The notes under the pieces are model-generated. The model searched no databases. It had not been told where the DNA came from and saw only the letters and a list, made by a program, of their open reading frames with translations. Of a stretch of 57,515 bases of DNA, positions 27,883-37,144 are shown in pieces. The stretch lies in IMG/VR virus record IMGVR_UViG_3300033565_000004, positions 1 through 57,515 of that record; one strand, given 5' to 3'. A program made the position numbers and the translations under genes. Positions within the stretch are counted from its first letter, which is position 1. The number at the start of each line of letters is the position of its first letter. The stretch comes from a virus (Duplodnaviria > Caudoviricetes).

Positions 27883-28710
27883 TCACTCCGGCGATTCTTT
27901 TATAATCCTTTTTTTTACATCCTTATATATTTCGTCTACCCGGTTTCTTCCGTATATATTTAGCGGTGTATTAATCAATTTGTTATGGTACTCCCGAATG
28001 CCAGAACCGACTTGAAGGTTGCTGTTTTTACGGTAAATATCTTGTTTGGCAAAGTATTTAGAGAAGGCGTCTAAGGACAATTGTTTTTGTTTTGGTTTAT
28101 TTAAGTCAGCCCAAGAAAACTGAAGCATATACTCAATTAACTCTTCATTGCGATAGGGCACTACAAATTTCTTTTTACATATATCCTCAACTAACGTTTT
28201 TATTGGGAGGTATGCGGAAGAATTCAGACTCGAGAGTGTTCTCTTTCGTATAGCATCAAAAACATTTTTATCTTTAGCAGACTTAATCGCTACACTCTTT
28301 GCTGTTCCAAACAAATCATCCGCACATAACCCCGAGACAACAACTGATTCAATGATGTTAGGTAGTACGTAGAGAAATGGAAAAACGCACTGGATATTGG
28401 TTTTTCTATCTACCGGGAGCTCCTTAACAATATATTTAACATCCTCCTGCAGACGTTCAATGTCATCAGGAATTTCAATAATCACATGCTTTAGTCCATA
28501 AAACTCCGCTACTTTCGCACTAATAACGACGTCTTTGTGTACGTTACCTTCAAGATGAAACGTATAAAGCCTAGGGTAAACTCCGATATCAAGCAGCGCA
28601 AAAAGGCAAGTTAAGGAGTCGGTTCCGCCACTAAACAATAGCGCGACATCTTCACGCTCATTAATTTCCGTTTTAAGCACGTTTTGAATAAGCTCTCTAA
28701 ACTTGTGCAT
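27883..28710 (-). CDS. Asparagine-synthetase-like ATP-dependent amide ligase (synthetase domain only)
   Basis: LFSGGTDS PP-loop, SGLCADDLFG (cf. SGEGADELFG), VPY and LQVGSGI; no N-terminal Cys glutaminase domain. Confidence 0.85.
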   Translation of the reverse strand: MHKFRELIQNVLKTEINEREDVALLFSGGTDSLTCLFALLDIGVYPRLYTFHLEGNVHKDVVISAKVAEFYGLKHVIIEIPDDIERLQEDVKYIVKELPVDRKTNIQCVFPFLYVLPNIIESVVVSGLCADDLFGTAKSVAIKSAKDKNVFDAIRKRTLSSLNSSAYLPIKTLVEDICKKKFVVPYRNEELIEYMLQFSWADLNKPKQKQLSLDAFSKYFAKQDIYRKNSNLQVGSGIREYHNKLINTPLNIYGRNRVDEIYKDVKKRIIKESPE

Positions 28711-28711
28711 G

Positions 28712-29899
28712 TTATAACCTCCCTAATGAACATCCATCCGCTGGATAAGTTATTTCTTCACTGATATACCTGTTTTCGCATATGCCGATATTATCATCGA
28801 ATTCACTCCAGTACTTACAGTTGAAACACGGTATAATTTGAGAAGACATATCAAACTCCTGTATTGCTTTTCCTAATGCTTTTATTATCGGAATACTAAC
28901 GCTTCTTGATGGCCGCCTATACAGTTCAATCTCTTTGAATCCTGCGTCTTTTAACGTCATATAAGCGTAATCTGAAAAGCCCTGTAGTCGGAAAACCTCT
29001 TTCGGACTAATTCTCCGGAATCCAACTCCATCATATAAAGCGATGTCAACCGACTGATCAAGCGTCTTTGTCATCCCGTTTTTAATTCGTCCTCGTCGCG
29101 TTTTACTCGTCGTAAAAGTGTAGTCGATAGTCGTCTCGTTAGGAATCGGCTTAAAGTCCGTGTATCCTTGTATAGTACCGTCCTTAATTCGAAACATGCC
29201 GTCGCCTAAAGGCATCAAGAAATCTCCGAATTCAATATATTCGATGTTCTCGACGTCTTTTTCGATGACACTTTCGAGCGATATGCATTGGTCAGCTCCT
29301 TGAGGAAACGGGAAGTTGAAAGTTTTAACATCCGGAAAGTTCTCTTTAATCGCCTTTTTTGTAGTGTCAATTTGTTTAACTTCCGTTATTGTCCAGTCGC
29401 TGCAAACACCTTCCAACACACCTACGATAAAGACTCTGCTACGTTTTTGAGGCAGGCCGAAGTCAGTGGAAGTTAAAATTGTAAAATCAACACAATAGCC
29501 TGCGTCCGAGAGGCTCTTTGCCATTATTGAAATTGTTCTTCTTTTATCGTGATTCAAAAGACCAGGGACATTCTCCATCAATACGTATTTAGGCTTTTTT
29601 TCTTTCGCGATTCGAAGAGCCTCAAAAAATAAATTCCCTGTCTTATATTCAAACCCTAGCCTAGTGCCGTTTATAGAAAAGCCTTGGCAAGGGAACCCTC
29701 CAACTAGTATGTCGTGATCAGGAACATCAGCAGCGTCTATTTTCGTTATATCTCCGTGTACTTCCTTTTCGTTGTGCAGTATTCTATACATTTTACTAGG
29801 AATATCATCTATCTCAGATGTAAACACGCAGTCATATCCTAAAGAATCCAATCCGTACCTAAACCCACCAATTCCCGCAAATAAATCAATGTACCGCAA
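28712..29899 (-). CDS. DNA cytosine-C5 methyltransferase-family enzyme, predicted carboxymethyltransferase
   Basis: Motifs I DLFAGIGG, IV GGFPCQGFS, VI ENV, VIII QKRSR, IX RLQGF; motif X reads SRSV instead of GNSV. Confidence 0.9.
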   Translation of the reverse strand: MRYIDLFAGIGGFRYGLDSLGYDCVFTSEIDDIPSKMYRILHNEKEVHGDITKIDAADVPDHDILVGGFPCQGFSINGTRLGFEYKTGNLFFEALRIAKEKKPKYVLMENVPGLLNHDKRRTISIMAKSLSDAGYCVDFTILTSTDFGLPQKRSRVFIVGVLEGVCSDWTITEVKQIDTTKKAIKENFPDVKTFNFPFPQGADQCISLESVIEKDVENIEYIEFGDFLMPLGDGMFRIKDGTIQGYTDFKPIPNETTIDYTFTTSKTRRGRIKNGMTKTLDQSVDIALYDGVGFRRISPKEVFRLQGFSDYAYMTLKDAGFKEIELYRRPSRSVSIPIIKALGKAIQEFDMSSQIIPCFNCKYWSEFDDNIGICENRYISEEITYPADGCSLGRL

Positions 29900-29911
29900 T
29901 AGAACCCCTCC

Positions 29912-30604
29912 TTATTTTATCGCAATGAACCCCGCGAAATTCCCCCATTTAAAGAACATATCTACGTCTTTAAATCCGACCGAGTTTAGTAGTTTTATAT
30001 TTTCATCAACAGTATTTGGCTTCAGGACTCCACGGATAGAACGTGCTTTATTAAAGATGTCCGCTTCACTAACGCCGTTTCGATGTTTCATATCGTGATA
30101 CATTTCAACCCACATTTCATCGAATCTGGCATTACTTCCAATAACTTTCTCGACCATGATAAAAGCCGCGCCAATATTAAGTCCGTCGTAGATTTTCTTT
30201 ACAACTGCTTGCCTATGTTTTTGCGCGATAAACATCAACGTGAGAATGGACGTAATTAAACTGGCGTTATCAATGACGAAGTGGTTGTCGGTTATGTCTG
30301 CGTGTAAGATTTCAACGTTGCCTATTTCGCGAAATCTTTCGGCAGTTTTCGCTACCATTTCCGGAGACGTATCTATTCCGTGATAATCGACATGTTTATT
30401 CGGATACGTGCGTTCCAAGTTCGTGATGACTTCGCCTAACGAAGTTCCGATGTCATAAACATTTGTATTATCTTCCAGGAACCACCCTGACAGCCCCGTC
30501 ACTAGTTCGTGAATCTCGTTATATAACGGAACGTGGCAACGCACATGCTCATCAAATACCGGAGTGATTTCCGCGTCAAACTTCCAGGTACTTGGCGACA
30601 TCAA
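29912..30604 (-). CDS. cmoA: CmoA-like carboxy-S-adenosylmethionine synthase
   Basis: WKFD...VFDEHV..HVPLY, VYDIGTSLG, NASLITSILTLMF, EK, HDMK..NG.SE..I..K resemble CmoA throughout. Confidence 0.82.
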   Translation of the reverse strand: MMSPSTWKFDAEITPVFDEHVRCHVPLYNEIHELVTGLSGWFLEDNTNVYDIGTSLGEVITNLERTYPNKHVDYHGIDTSPEMVAKTAERFREIGNVEILHADITDNHFVIDNASLITSILTLMFIAQKHRQAVVKKIYDGLNIGAAFIMVEKVIGSNARFDEMWVEMYHDMKHRNGVSEADIFNKARSIRGVLKPNTVDENIKLLNSVGFKDVDMFFKWGNFAGFIAIK

Positions 30605-31182
30605 ATCGCCTCCAATACTGCGTCAACCTGTCGCTTCAAATCGTCAACACTTCCGTCATTAACTATTTCCGCATCCACCGCAAACCCATCAATCGCCAGC
30701 TCCGTAGAATGCACTAAGTCATTTTCGACAAAACTATCGCCAGCCCCTATCGCCCGAGCAATGCGCACCTCATCCGGAGCCGTTACGCGAATCAACGTAA
30801 AGCCATTTTCGCGACACCAGGCGACTTCGTTTTGCTGCCTAACGTCGGTCAGCACGATGCCCACTCGCTCGGCTCCGGTATTTACTCGAAAGTCAATCGC
30901 ACCCTGCACCGATCGCTCAGCGTGCTTAATCCATACGTCCGGGTCGATTTCGCGCATTAGCTGACCGAACTGCTGATATAGCGCCCGTGGCTTGGTGCCG
31001 TCGCTAATCCACGGAAAGACTGCGTGTGCGTTGCGCTTGAGTGCGTCGCCAAACGCCACTCTATCGAAGCCGTGGCGAATATAAAGGTGCTGCGCTACTT
31101 CGTCCTTGCCGGCGCGAAGCTTTCCGCAGATGGCGAGTTTGACGACGGATACTTCCCGATTAACATTTAGCGTGTGCTTCAT
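30601..31182 (-). CDS. Deoxynucleoside monophosphate kinase
   Basis: P-loop GKLRAGKD, FGDALK, R..Y.Q.G...R, DVR..NE and HSTE. Confidence 0.85.
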   Translation of the reverse strand: MKHTLNVNREVSVVKLAICGKLRAGKDEVAQHLYIRHGFDRVAFGDALKRNAHAVFPWISDGTKPRALYQQFGQLMREIDPDVWIKHAERSVQGAIDFRVNTGAERVGIVLTDVRQQNEVAWCRENGFTLIRVTAPDEVRIARAIGAGDSFVENDLVHSTELAIDGFAVDAEIVNDGSVDDLKRQVDAVLEAI

Positions 31183-31694
31183 CGGCTAGCACCTTCGATT
31201 AAATAATCGACTACCCATCTCGGAAGCGTAACTGTGTCCTCCGGTGCATCTTCTTTCGACTGTGTCCGTTCATCTAATTCGCGAATGTCATCCTCGTTTG
31301 ATAACGTTAAGACTTCGATATGCCCTACGCCCCGCTTCAGTTCCTCGAGCTCCTCCGCCTGACGCTCGACGTTGCGCTGTGTGTCGCGTAGTTGAGATTC
31401 AAGCGAAACTATCTTCCGTGATAATGCGGTAAACATTTCGATGACGGCCGGAGAGGCTTGCGATGTGTCGACCGTGACTTCTTCGCCAACTTCGGCAAGT
31501 ACAACGTAATCGTCGTGAAAAAATCCGTGAACGTGTCCGAACGACCTTGCGACGATAGCAAAATAGCCGTCAACATCTTTGACTGTGTACAACTCGCCTG
31601 ACCGATCCGAGTAACTTTTAATTTTATCGCCAACTTCCGCCTTCCGATCGACCTCAACGTAAGTTTTACCGCCAATTACATGCGTTTTACTCAT
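31179..31694 (-). CDS. Hypothetical protein (SH3-like N-terminus plus coiled coil)
   Basis: RKAEVGDKI motif; translational coupling to neighbours. Confidence 0.65.
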   Translation of the reverse strand: MSKTHVIGGKTYVEVDRKAEVGDKIKSYSDRSGELYTVKDVDGYFAIVARSFGHVHGFFHDDYVVLAEVGEEVTVDTSQASPAVIEMFTALSRKIVSLESQLRDTQRNVERQAEELEELKRGVGHIEVLTLSNEDDIRELDERTQSKEDAPEDTVTLPRWVVDYLIEGASR

Positions 31695-32050
31695 TAGTAC
31701 AACTCCTCCAATTCAACCGATTCTTTAACCGCTTGCTCCTCGTCAGGTGTCGCTAAAATATCGATATTGTCTACGATCACTTGGTGCAAAACGTTAGCCG
31801 TCCGATTAATCGTATCCTCGTCTTGCTCTTCCGGATTGTAGCCGGCTTCGAAGTGAATGGCGTGAAGCATCTCGTGGATGATCGTTTGCTCCTTGCGTTC
31901 ATCTGTCATTGCTGAATCGATTTGGATTACGCAATCACCGAATTCCACATTACCGTACATACTTATCTTACGGAGCAGTCCTTCAACCTCGTGTACCGTG
32001 TAAATAGCTCCGCCTACCTTTAGCTGCTTACCGTGAAATGTTCTCGTCAT
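31694..32050 (-). CDS. ImmA/IrrE-like zinc metallopeptidase domain protein
   Basis: TIIHEMLHA (HExxH) plus downstream E. Confidence 0.75.
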   Translation of the reverse strand: MTRTFHGKQLKVGGAIYTVHEVEGLLRKISMYGNVEFGDCVIQIDSAMTDERKEQTIIHEMLHAIHFEAGYNPEEQDEDTINRTANVLHQVIVDNIDILATPDEEQAVKESVELEELY

Positions 32051-32547
32051 TATTTTGCCTCCTCGATAATTCGTATCTGTACGTTCTGCCTTCCGAACTG
32101 GATGGCGCTTGTGTTGTCGCTAATTAAATAATCGATAATCGTTCCGTCTATTTTTCCGCCCGTATCCAAGGCGATGGCTCGCTCGAGCTTTCCGTTTCTG
32201 AACCGTATCTCGACCGTCGTTCCTAGCGGAATCACACTCGGATCAGTTGCGATAATTCGCTTGCCATCGAAGTGCGTCCGATTCCTAACGTCGAGCCCCG
32301 TCTTGGTGATGCCGGAGCATCCTTCGGGACAATCGGCTGTGTAGGCGGTCGCCGTAAAGTCACGCCACTGAGTCGCCTCTAGACGCTTGATTTCGGCTCG
32401 TAAGCGTTCGTTTTCTTGCGTTAATACTTCCGCTTGCTGGCGCCATATTTGCGCTAGAGGAGCGACCTGCTGGGCGACATCCCCTGCGACAATGGAAGGC
32501 GGACTTAGTAGTGAATGCGTGAGTAGCAATGATGTAAGTAATCCGAT
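32050..32547 (-). CDS. 3D-domain cell-wall protein
   Basis: ATAYT, IATDPSVIPLGT and DTGGKI.G..ID motifs; start possibly ATC 32547 (track gives 32529). Confidence 0.88.
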   Translation of the reverse strand: MGLLTSLLLTHSLLSPPSIVAGDVAQQVAPLAQIWRQQAEVLTQENERLRAEIKRLEATQWRDFTATAYTADCPEGCSGITKTGLDVRNRTHFDGKRIIATDPSVIPLGTTVEIRFRNGKLERAIALDTGGKIDGTIIDYLISDNTSAIQFGRQNVQIRIIEEAK

Positions 32548-32559
32548 AGTATCCGCTCC

Positions 32560-33246
32560 TTATTTCGTTAATTCTGTGATGCTTACTGGGAAGTGCGGTT
32601 CGGCGAGCGCTTTGACCGCCTTTGCGTACTCCTGTATTTCGACTTGGCTATCGTGTGCCAGGCGTTGTTGTAAGAAGTGAGCGACCGATTGGAGTGATGC
32701 CGTCCAGTAGTAGCGTACATACATTCCGTAAGCCGGTAGGAATAGGCGTGCTTGCTCTGCGCATACACCTGAGTTCATTGCACGCTCATACAAGCGCTCT
32801 CCGAACGCTACATAGTCGAGCAAATCTTGCGTAGCTATCTTGCCGTGTTCTTCCGGTAAGGTTTCGCCGCTACCTTGCTTAGAATTTTCCGGAGCTGATC
32901 TCCATTCATTTTTATTAGGAATGTAAAACGCAGGTTCTTCGGTAATATACCGCCGACTTGACTCGTTCCAAGCGTCCATAGTGTGATCGCTGCCTACGAT
33001 GTATTTCCAATGCTGGCGGGCTACCATTAAAGGCGCATACATTTCGAATTGAAGCGTTGCATGGCGAAACGGGCTCGTATGTCCTTCGCGTGCTAGGAAG
33101 CGAATTAAGCGCTTATCCTTTTCTGATAGTTCCATAGATTCCTTGTCGTAACTAACCCGCGCTGAGTTTACGACAGATAGGTCGGAGCCCATTACGTTTG
33201 TTAAGCGGACATAACCTTTGTCTAATACGTTAATAATTTCGTTCAT
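32560..33246 (-). CDS. thyX: Flavin-dependent thymidylate synthase
   Basis: SARVSY, H.SPF.H, NESSRRY, EQAR..LP and RL..DSQ.EI motifs. Confidence 0.92.
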   Translation of the reverse strand: MNEIINVLDKGYVRLTNVMGSDLSVVNSARVSYDKESMELSEKDKRLIRFLAREGHTSPFRHATLQFEMYAPLMVARQHWKYIVGSDHTMDAWNESSRRYITEEPAFYIPNKNEWRSAPENSKQGSGETLPEEHGKIATQDLLDYVAFGERLYERAMNSGVCAEQARLFLPAYGMYVRYYWTASLQSVAHFLQQRLAHDSQVEIQEYAKAVKALAEPHFPVSITELTK

Positions 33247-33807
33247 TTATTCGTCCTCCCTCGTTAATAAGCCAAGGTGTTTCCAAGTTTTACCGTGCCT
33301 GATATTCAAAATAGTTTTCTTAGAGACTCCGTATTCCTTCGCTATTGTTGTGCAGCCTCTTATGTCGTTAAAGATATCGAGAACTTGGCTTTCAGTAAGT
33401 TTAGACCCGATAACGGCTTCTCCCACCGGTTTACGCTTTTTGGTAATCATGTCTTTCGTATTCTCTTTGGGAGTTCCTAACGACAGGTGATCTGGATTTA
33501 TACACTCAGGGTTGTCGCATGAATGCATCACAAACTTTTTGTCGTCAATATAGCCGTTTTTAACTTTAAAAACATACCGACTAAGTCTTTGGTGTTTACC
33601 ACCTCTATCTATAACAGGGTAGTTTCTACGGTGTTTAGCCTTAGCATGACTGGTACAAATCCAGCATCCATTTTTGTTAATAAAATACTTAATCTCTTTA
33701 AAACTACCACAGTCTCTTAACGGCACGTATCCGTCATCGAATGTAAACTCAGCGTACTCCGGATGACCCAAAGGAACCACCGCCTCTTTCTGTGTCCTCA
33801 ATCTCAC
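33247..33807 (-). CDS. Free-standing HNH homing endonuclease with C-terminal HTH
   Basis: GCW, VMHSCDNPECINPDHL..GT..EN..DM, SKLTE; AT-rich; start uncertain. Confidence 0.88.
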   Translation of the reverse strand: MRLRTQKEAVVPLGHPEYAEFTFDDGYVPLRDCGSFKEIKYFINKNGCWICTSHAKAKHRRNYPVIDRGGKHQRLSRYVFKVKNGYIDDKKFVMHSCDNPECINPDHLSLGTPKENTKDMITKKRKPVGEAVIGSKLTESQVLDIFNDIRGCTTIAKEYGVSKKTILNIRHGKTWKHLGLLTREDE

Positions 33808-34264
33808 TGACTTCCCTGAAACGCGCGTGCTCGACCTGTGAAATTACGGCCTGACAAATCCGATCACCCTTCCGCACTAGATACGTATTCTCATCGTAAT
33901 AACGTGCGCTACTGTAAATAGTTTCCGTTTTACCGTCGATTGTTGCTAATACGTTACCGGTCCGGTTAACACGTTCCGCAATGTTATCAACAATGACGGA
34001 AACCTCTCCGCGATACGAACTATCGATAGTCCCAAGCTGTACGCGTAACTTTGTACGCAATGTGATTCCGCTTCGTGGCCGGATCTGCATCTCGTAGCCA
34101 GGCGGTAACTCGAACGCCAAGCCCGTAGGAACTAACTTCGTCTCGCCCGGCTCAATTATGACATCCTCCGTTGCGATAAGATCAAAACCCGCATCACCTT
34201 CGCGAGCATATTTCGGAATAACTGCGTCCTCGTTCAGCCGCTTAATTTTAACGTTCAATCTCAT
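33749..34264 (-). CDS. dut: Trimeric dUTPase
   Basis: AGFDL, IRPRSG, GTIDSSYRGE, GDRICQ, RG.GSFGSSG; start MRLNVK at 34264. Confidence 0.93.
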   Translation of the reverse strand: MRLNVKIKRLNEDAVIPKYAREGDAGFDLIATEDVIIEPGETKLVPTGLAFELPPGYEMQIRPRSGITLRTKLRVQLGTIDSSYRGEVSVIVDNIAERVNRTGNVLATIDGKTETIYSSARYYDENTYLVRKGDRICQAVISQVEHARFREVSEIEDTERGGGSFGSSGVR

Positions 34265-34383
34265 CGTATCATCAACCTCCGGTTCTTTTTCCCTTAATTG
34301 TTTCGCATTCAATTCCGCCAGCGTGCACAACACCGAAAACTTGTCGCACATCAGCCGGCGGGCCGTTTTAATCATTCGGTAGC

Positions 34384-34626
34384 TCATTGGATTTTACTAG
34401 CCAACTTCACGTAAACTTTTTCGGTTTCTTTTATTAAGAAATCGTTACAACCGGCTGCATTTTTATCACGAAGAAATTTCAGTAAGTTAGAAACGCGCTC
34501 AAGTTCTGATATTACATCGTGGTTTGACTCCGTCTTATTCCGTATTACACCAGTTCCGTCGCACTTCCGACAAAAGCGAGACAACGATGTATCTCGCCAA
34601 TATACGCAATCACAACCTATTATCAT
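34384..34626 (-). CDS. Hypothetical protein with CxC/CxxCxG zinc finger
   Basis: CDC...CRKCDGTG; GGAGG RBS. Confidence 0.6.
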   Translation of the reverse strand: MIIGCDCVYWRDTSLSRFCRKCDGTGVIRNKTESNHDVISELERVSNLLKFLRDKNAAGCNDFLIKETEKVYVKLASKIQ

Positions 34627-34744
34627 TTATCTGCCTCCAATGCTTCGAGCAGTTCTTCTGCAAATAACATCGAGAAGTCGTCCGGATGCACTCGTTTTTC
34701 ATTCGCCCATTGGATAATTAATTCCGCTATAGTTGCGCCTTTCA

Positions 34745-35341
34745 TCACTTCGCCTCCATAATTTCGATTGTCTTCACGCCATCCACCGACTTGACCAACG
34801 CCTCTATCGTCCGCTCGACTGACGTATTCGCCTTATCAAACGCTTGCCTATTGCCTTTGATATCGCTTATCGCCGATGTGCGCGCCTTACCATACATCGC
34901 CTGCAACTCGCCTTCGCTTAGTTTGCTACGCAAAAATCCGACGTCCTTGCTGAGCTCCGCTTTGTCGAACGGAATGTCGACGCTGATAATCTTAGGTTGC
35001 GGAAACTTGACCGTTACCGTGTTGCCTTGCGCTGTGACGATGATGTCACTTGTATTAACGCCGAGTTTGAATTCGCCGGTTGCCGCCAGCTTATACGTTT
35101 TGTCTCCGAACCAAGCGTCATTTTCATACGTGATCGTTTTCGCAACCTTGCCAGTCAAGCCGACGAGTTGAGCCTTCGTTGACAGCGCGTTGATGACCGC
35201 TTGCTTGTCGACGTAATGTGGCGCCTCGACTGGCGTGACCACTTCGGCAGGCTTCGGGATAAATGCGTTGCCCACGTAGATGCCTCCGGCTAGGGCGACC
35301 GTTGCTACGCCTAGTGTGGCGGTGATTGCCGTCCTTTTCAT
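34745..35341 (-). CDS. Membrane-anchored DUF4230-like protein
   Basis: N-terminal TM helix; G..KLGV, V.FPQP.I motifs. Confidence 0.65.
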   Translation of the reverse strand: MKRTAITATLGVATVALAGGIYVGNAFIPKPAEVVTPVEAPHYVDKQAVINALSTKAQLVGLTGKVAKTITYENDAWFGDKTYKLAATGEFKLGVNTSDIIVTAQGNTVTVKFPQPKIISVDIPFDKAELSKDVGFLRSKLSEGELQAMYGKARTSAISDIKGNRQAFDKANTSVERTIEALVKSVDGVKTIEIMEAK

Positions 35342-35553
35342 GACTCCACCTCCTGACGCCATTTATTTTCGTTAACTTTTACGTATTTAACTTTGCGCCC
35401 ACAACTTACGCAATCAATCACATCGCCGTCGTTTAATTTGGCTACGTAGTCTAACTGAATTTTCGTCGGGTTAAAATTTCCGGTCTGACCGTGATAGCGA
35501 AACATTGCATCGTCGTAGCATGTAAAACATTGACCGCTTATCATCTCGCTCAC
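35338..35553 (-). CDS. Hypothetical zinc-ribbon protein
   Basis: CFTC...CVSCG. Confidence 0.6.
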   Translation of the reverse strand: MSEMISGQCFTCYDDAMFRYHGQTGNFNPTKIQLDYVAKLNDGDVIDCVSCGRKVKYVKVNENKWRQEVES

Positions 35554-35768
35554 TCCTCTTCGAGTAAATCTTCGATACTCTTTTCGCTAAAATAAACAAA
35601 CGTGTTTTCTTCCGGCAAAAACTCGATATTTACCTTAATCTGCTTTTCGTCCTCGTCGTACCAAACCGAGAAAAGACCGTCTTTTAGGAATAAGTAGTAA
35701 ACGTCGTCCTTAATGTTAATTTTACCGTGCTTTTCTTCCAACAACTTCGTAAGCTTTTCGATACCCAT
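35550..35768 (-). CDS. Hypothetical protein
   Basis: Coupled start/stop with neighbours. Confidence 0.6.
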   Translation of the reverse strand: MGIEKLTKLLEEKHGKINIKDDVYYLFLKDGLFSVWYDEDEKQIKVNIEFLPEENTFVYFSEKSIEDLLEEE

Positions 35769-35962
35769 TATTTCGTCCCCTTTCGCGATTGACTCCGATT
35801 TATATGGAAACCGTTCGGAAGTCCGTGCGCACTAAAGCGGAAACTCGGCTGCTTGACCGTTGGCTCTCCGCAAGTGGCGCAAGTGGTGCTTTCGGTACCA
35901 GCGCGGACTAATTCGTCTGCTTGCGTGTTGCATTTCGTGCATTTAAACGTGTAGAACGGCAT
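35768..35962 (-). CDS. FmdB-family zinc ribbon protein
   Basis: MPFYTFKCTKC...CATCG...GFH. Confidence 0.75.
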   Translation of the reverse strand: MPFYTFKCTKCNTQADELVRAGTESTTCATCGEPTVKQPSFRFSAHGLPNGFHINRSQSRKGTK

Positions 35963-35972
35963 TTCGTCACTC

Positions 35973-36221
35973 CTAAAATTCGTTATTAGCGATTCTCTCA
36001 AAATCCGCGTCTCGCATCTCCGCGCTCTTATACACCCAAGTAGTAGTGTGATTATGGTCGTGAAACTTTAGCGCTGGTAGCCCGCGCCCGAATTCAGCCT
36101 TCGCGATATAACTATAGCGTGATATATTGACGGGATTATTTGCAATCGTCGTATCTCCATCGCCCATTACGCCAGAAAAGTACTTTATACTATCGACTGA
36201 GCATCTTATAAACTTCGTCAT
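35973..36221 (-). CDS. Hypothetical protein
   Basis: GGAGG RBS; codirectional gene string. Confidence 0.55.
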   Translation of the reverse strand: MTKFIRCSVDSIKYFSGVMGDGDTTIANNPVNISRYSYIAKAEFGRGLPALKFHDHNHTTTWVYKSAEMRDADFERIANNEF

Positions 36222-36493
36222 TACTTCGCCTCCAAAATCCGGATTTCGTTCTCCGCCTCGGCAAGTCTGCCAAAGCGGTATCCTTCGATGAGCACCGATT
36301 TCTCATGATCCGTTAGCTTGCGTTTCCACTTCGTTTCTAAAAAGTAGATGACGTCGTTGTAAAATATTTCCGAATAGGTGAACGGTTGGCTCATCGTTAT
36401 TCCTCCCCGTCAGCGTGAGTAGCAGCGTAAATTAATTCGGTAATTTCGCCGACTGCGTTTAGGTGCGTCTGATTTTCCATTTACAATCCTCCT

Positions 36494-37144
36494 TTACCAA
36501 TTTAAGTTATCGGCATGTTGCGCAAGCTGTCCTCGGAAGTTAACGTGAAGCTCTACGACTTTACAGTACGGCTCATTTCGGAAGTGTTCGAGATAAGGTA
36601 CAAATCCGGACTTCTTCGGGTCTTTAAGGTCGATTTGCTTATCGTGACCAATTACGATTACCTTTGCGGAATTATGCACACGAGTCAAAAGCTTCTTTAA
36701 TTCTGAACGAGTGAAGTTCTGCGCTTCGTCCACTATTAGTACGCAGTCCTTGATGTTCGTGCCGCGAACGAATGTATGCGATTTTGCGGTCACCCATGCG
36801 TTTTCGTTAATAATGTCAGGATTCTTTTCGCTTTTAAGTGCAAAGCGTGGGTCTTCGCGTATCTCGATTAGTGCGTCTATTAACGGCTGAAAATACTTCG
36901 ACTCTTTTTCTTCGACCGATCCTGGCGTAAATCCTAGCGAACCCTCTTCGACTGGTGAAAACGTATAGATTAAAGGCTTTCCGATTAGCTTGGCGCAAGC
37001 CACTGCGAGTGTAGATTTGCCTGTTCCCGATTTAGCGTTAACAAAAGTAAGCTGATTGTCGAAAATACTATCGACGTACTCGCGCTGCTCATCGGTTAAT
37101 TTTTCCGCAAATCCAAACAACATATTGTTTTTAGGTAACGGCAT
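36494..37144 (-). CDS. phoH: PhoH-family ATPase
   Basis: SGTGKS, LGF.PG..EEK, RGTN, DEAQN and G...Q.D motifs. Confidence 0.9.
   Translation of the reverse strand: MPLPKNNMLFGFAEKLTDEQREYVDSIFDNQLTFVNAKSGTGKSTLAVACAKLIGKPLIYTFSPVEEGSLGFTPGSVEEKESKYFQPLIDALIEIREDPRFALKSEKNPDIINENAWVTAKSHTFVRGTNIKDCVLIVDEAQNFTRSELKKLLTRVHNSAKVIVIGHDKQIDLKDPKKSGFVPYLEHFRNEPYCKVVELHVNFRGQLAQHADNLNW

Noticed and set aside
28712-29899. Ordinary restriction-modification or orphan 5mC methyltransferase
   Set aside because: No cognate endonuclease is adjacent, motif X is altered, and the flanking genes imply Cx-SAM chemistry.
29912-30604. tRNA wobble modification role for the CmoA-like gene
   Set aside because: No cmoB and no tRNA genes were seen; the gene is coupled to a DNA MTase.
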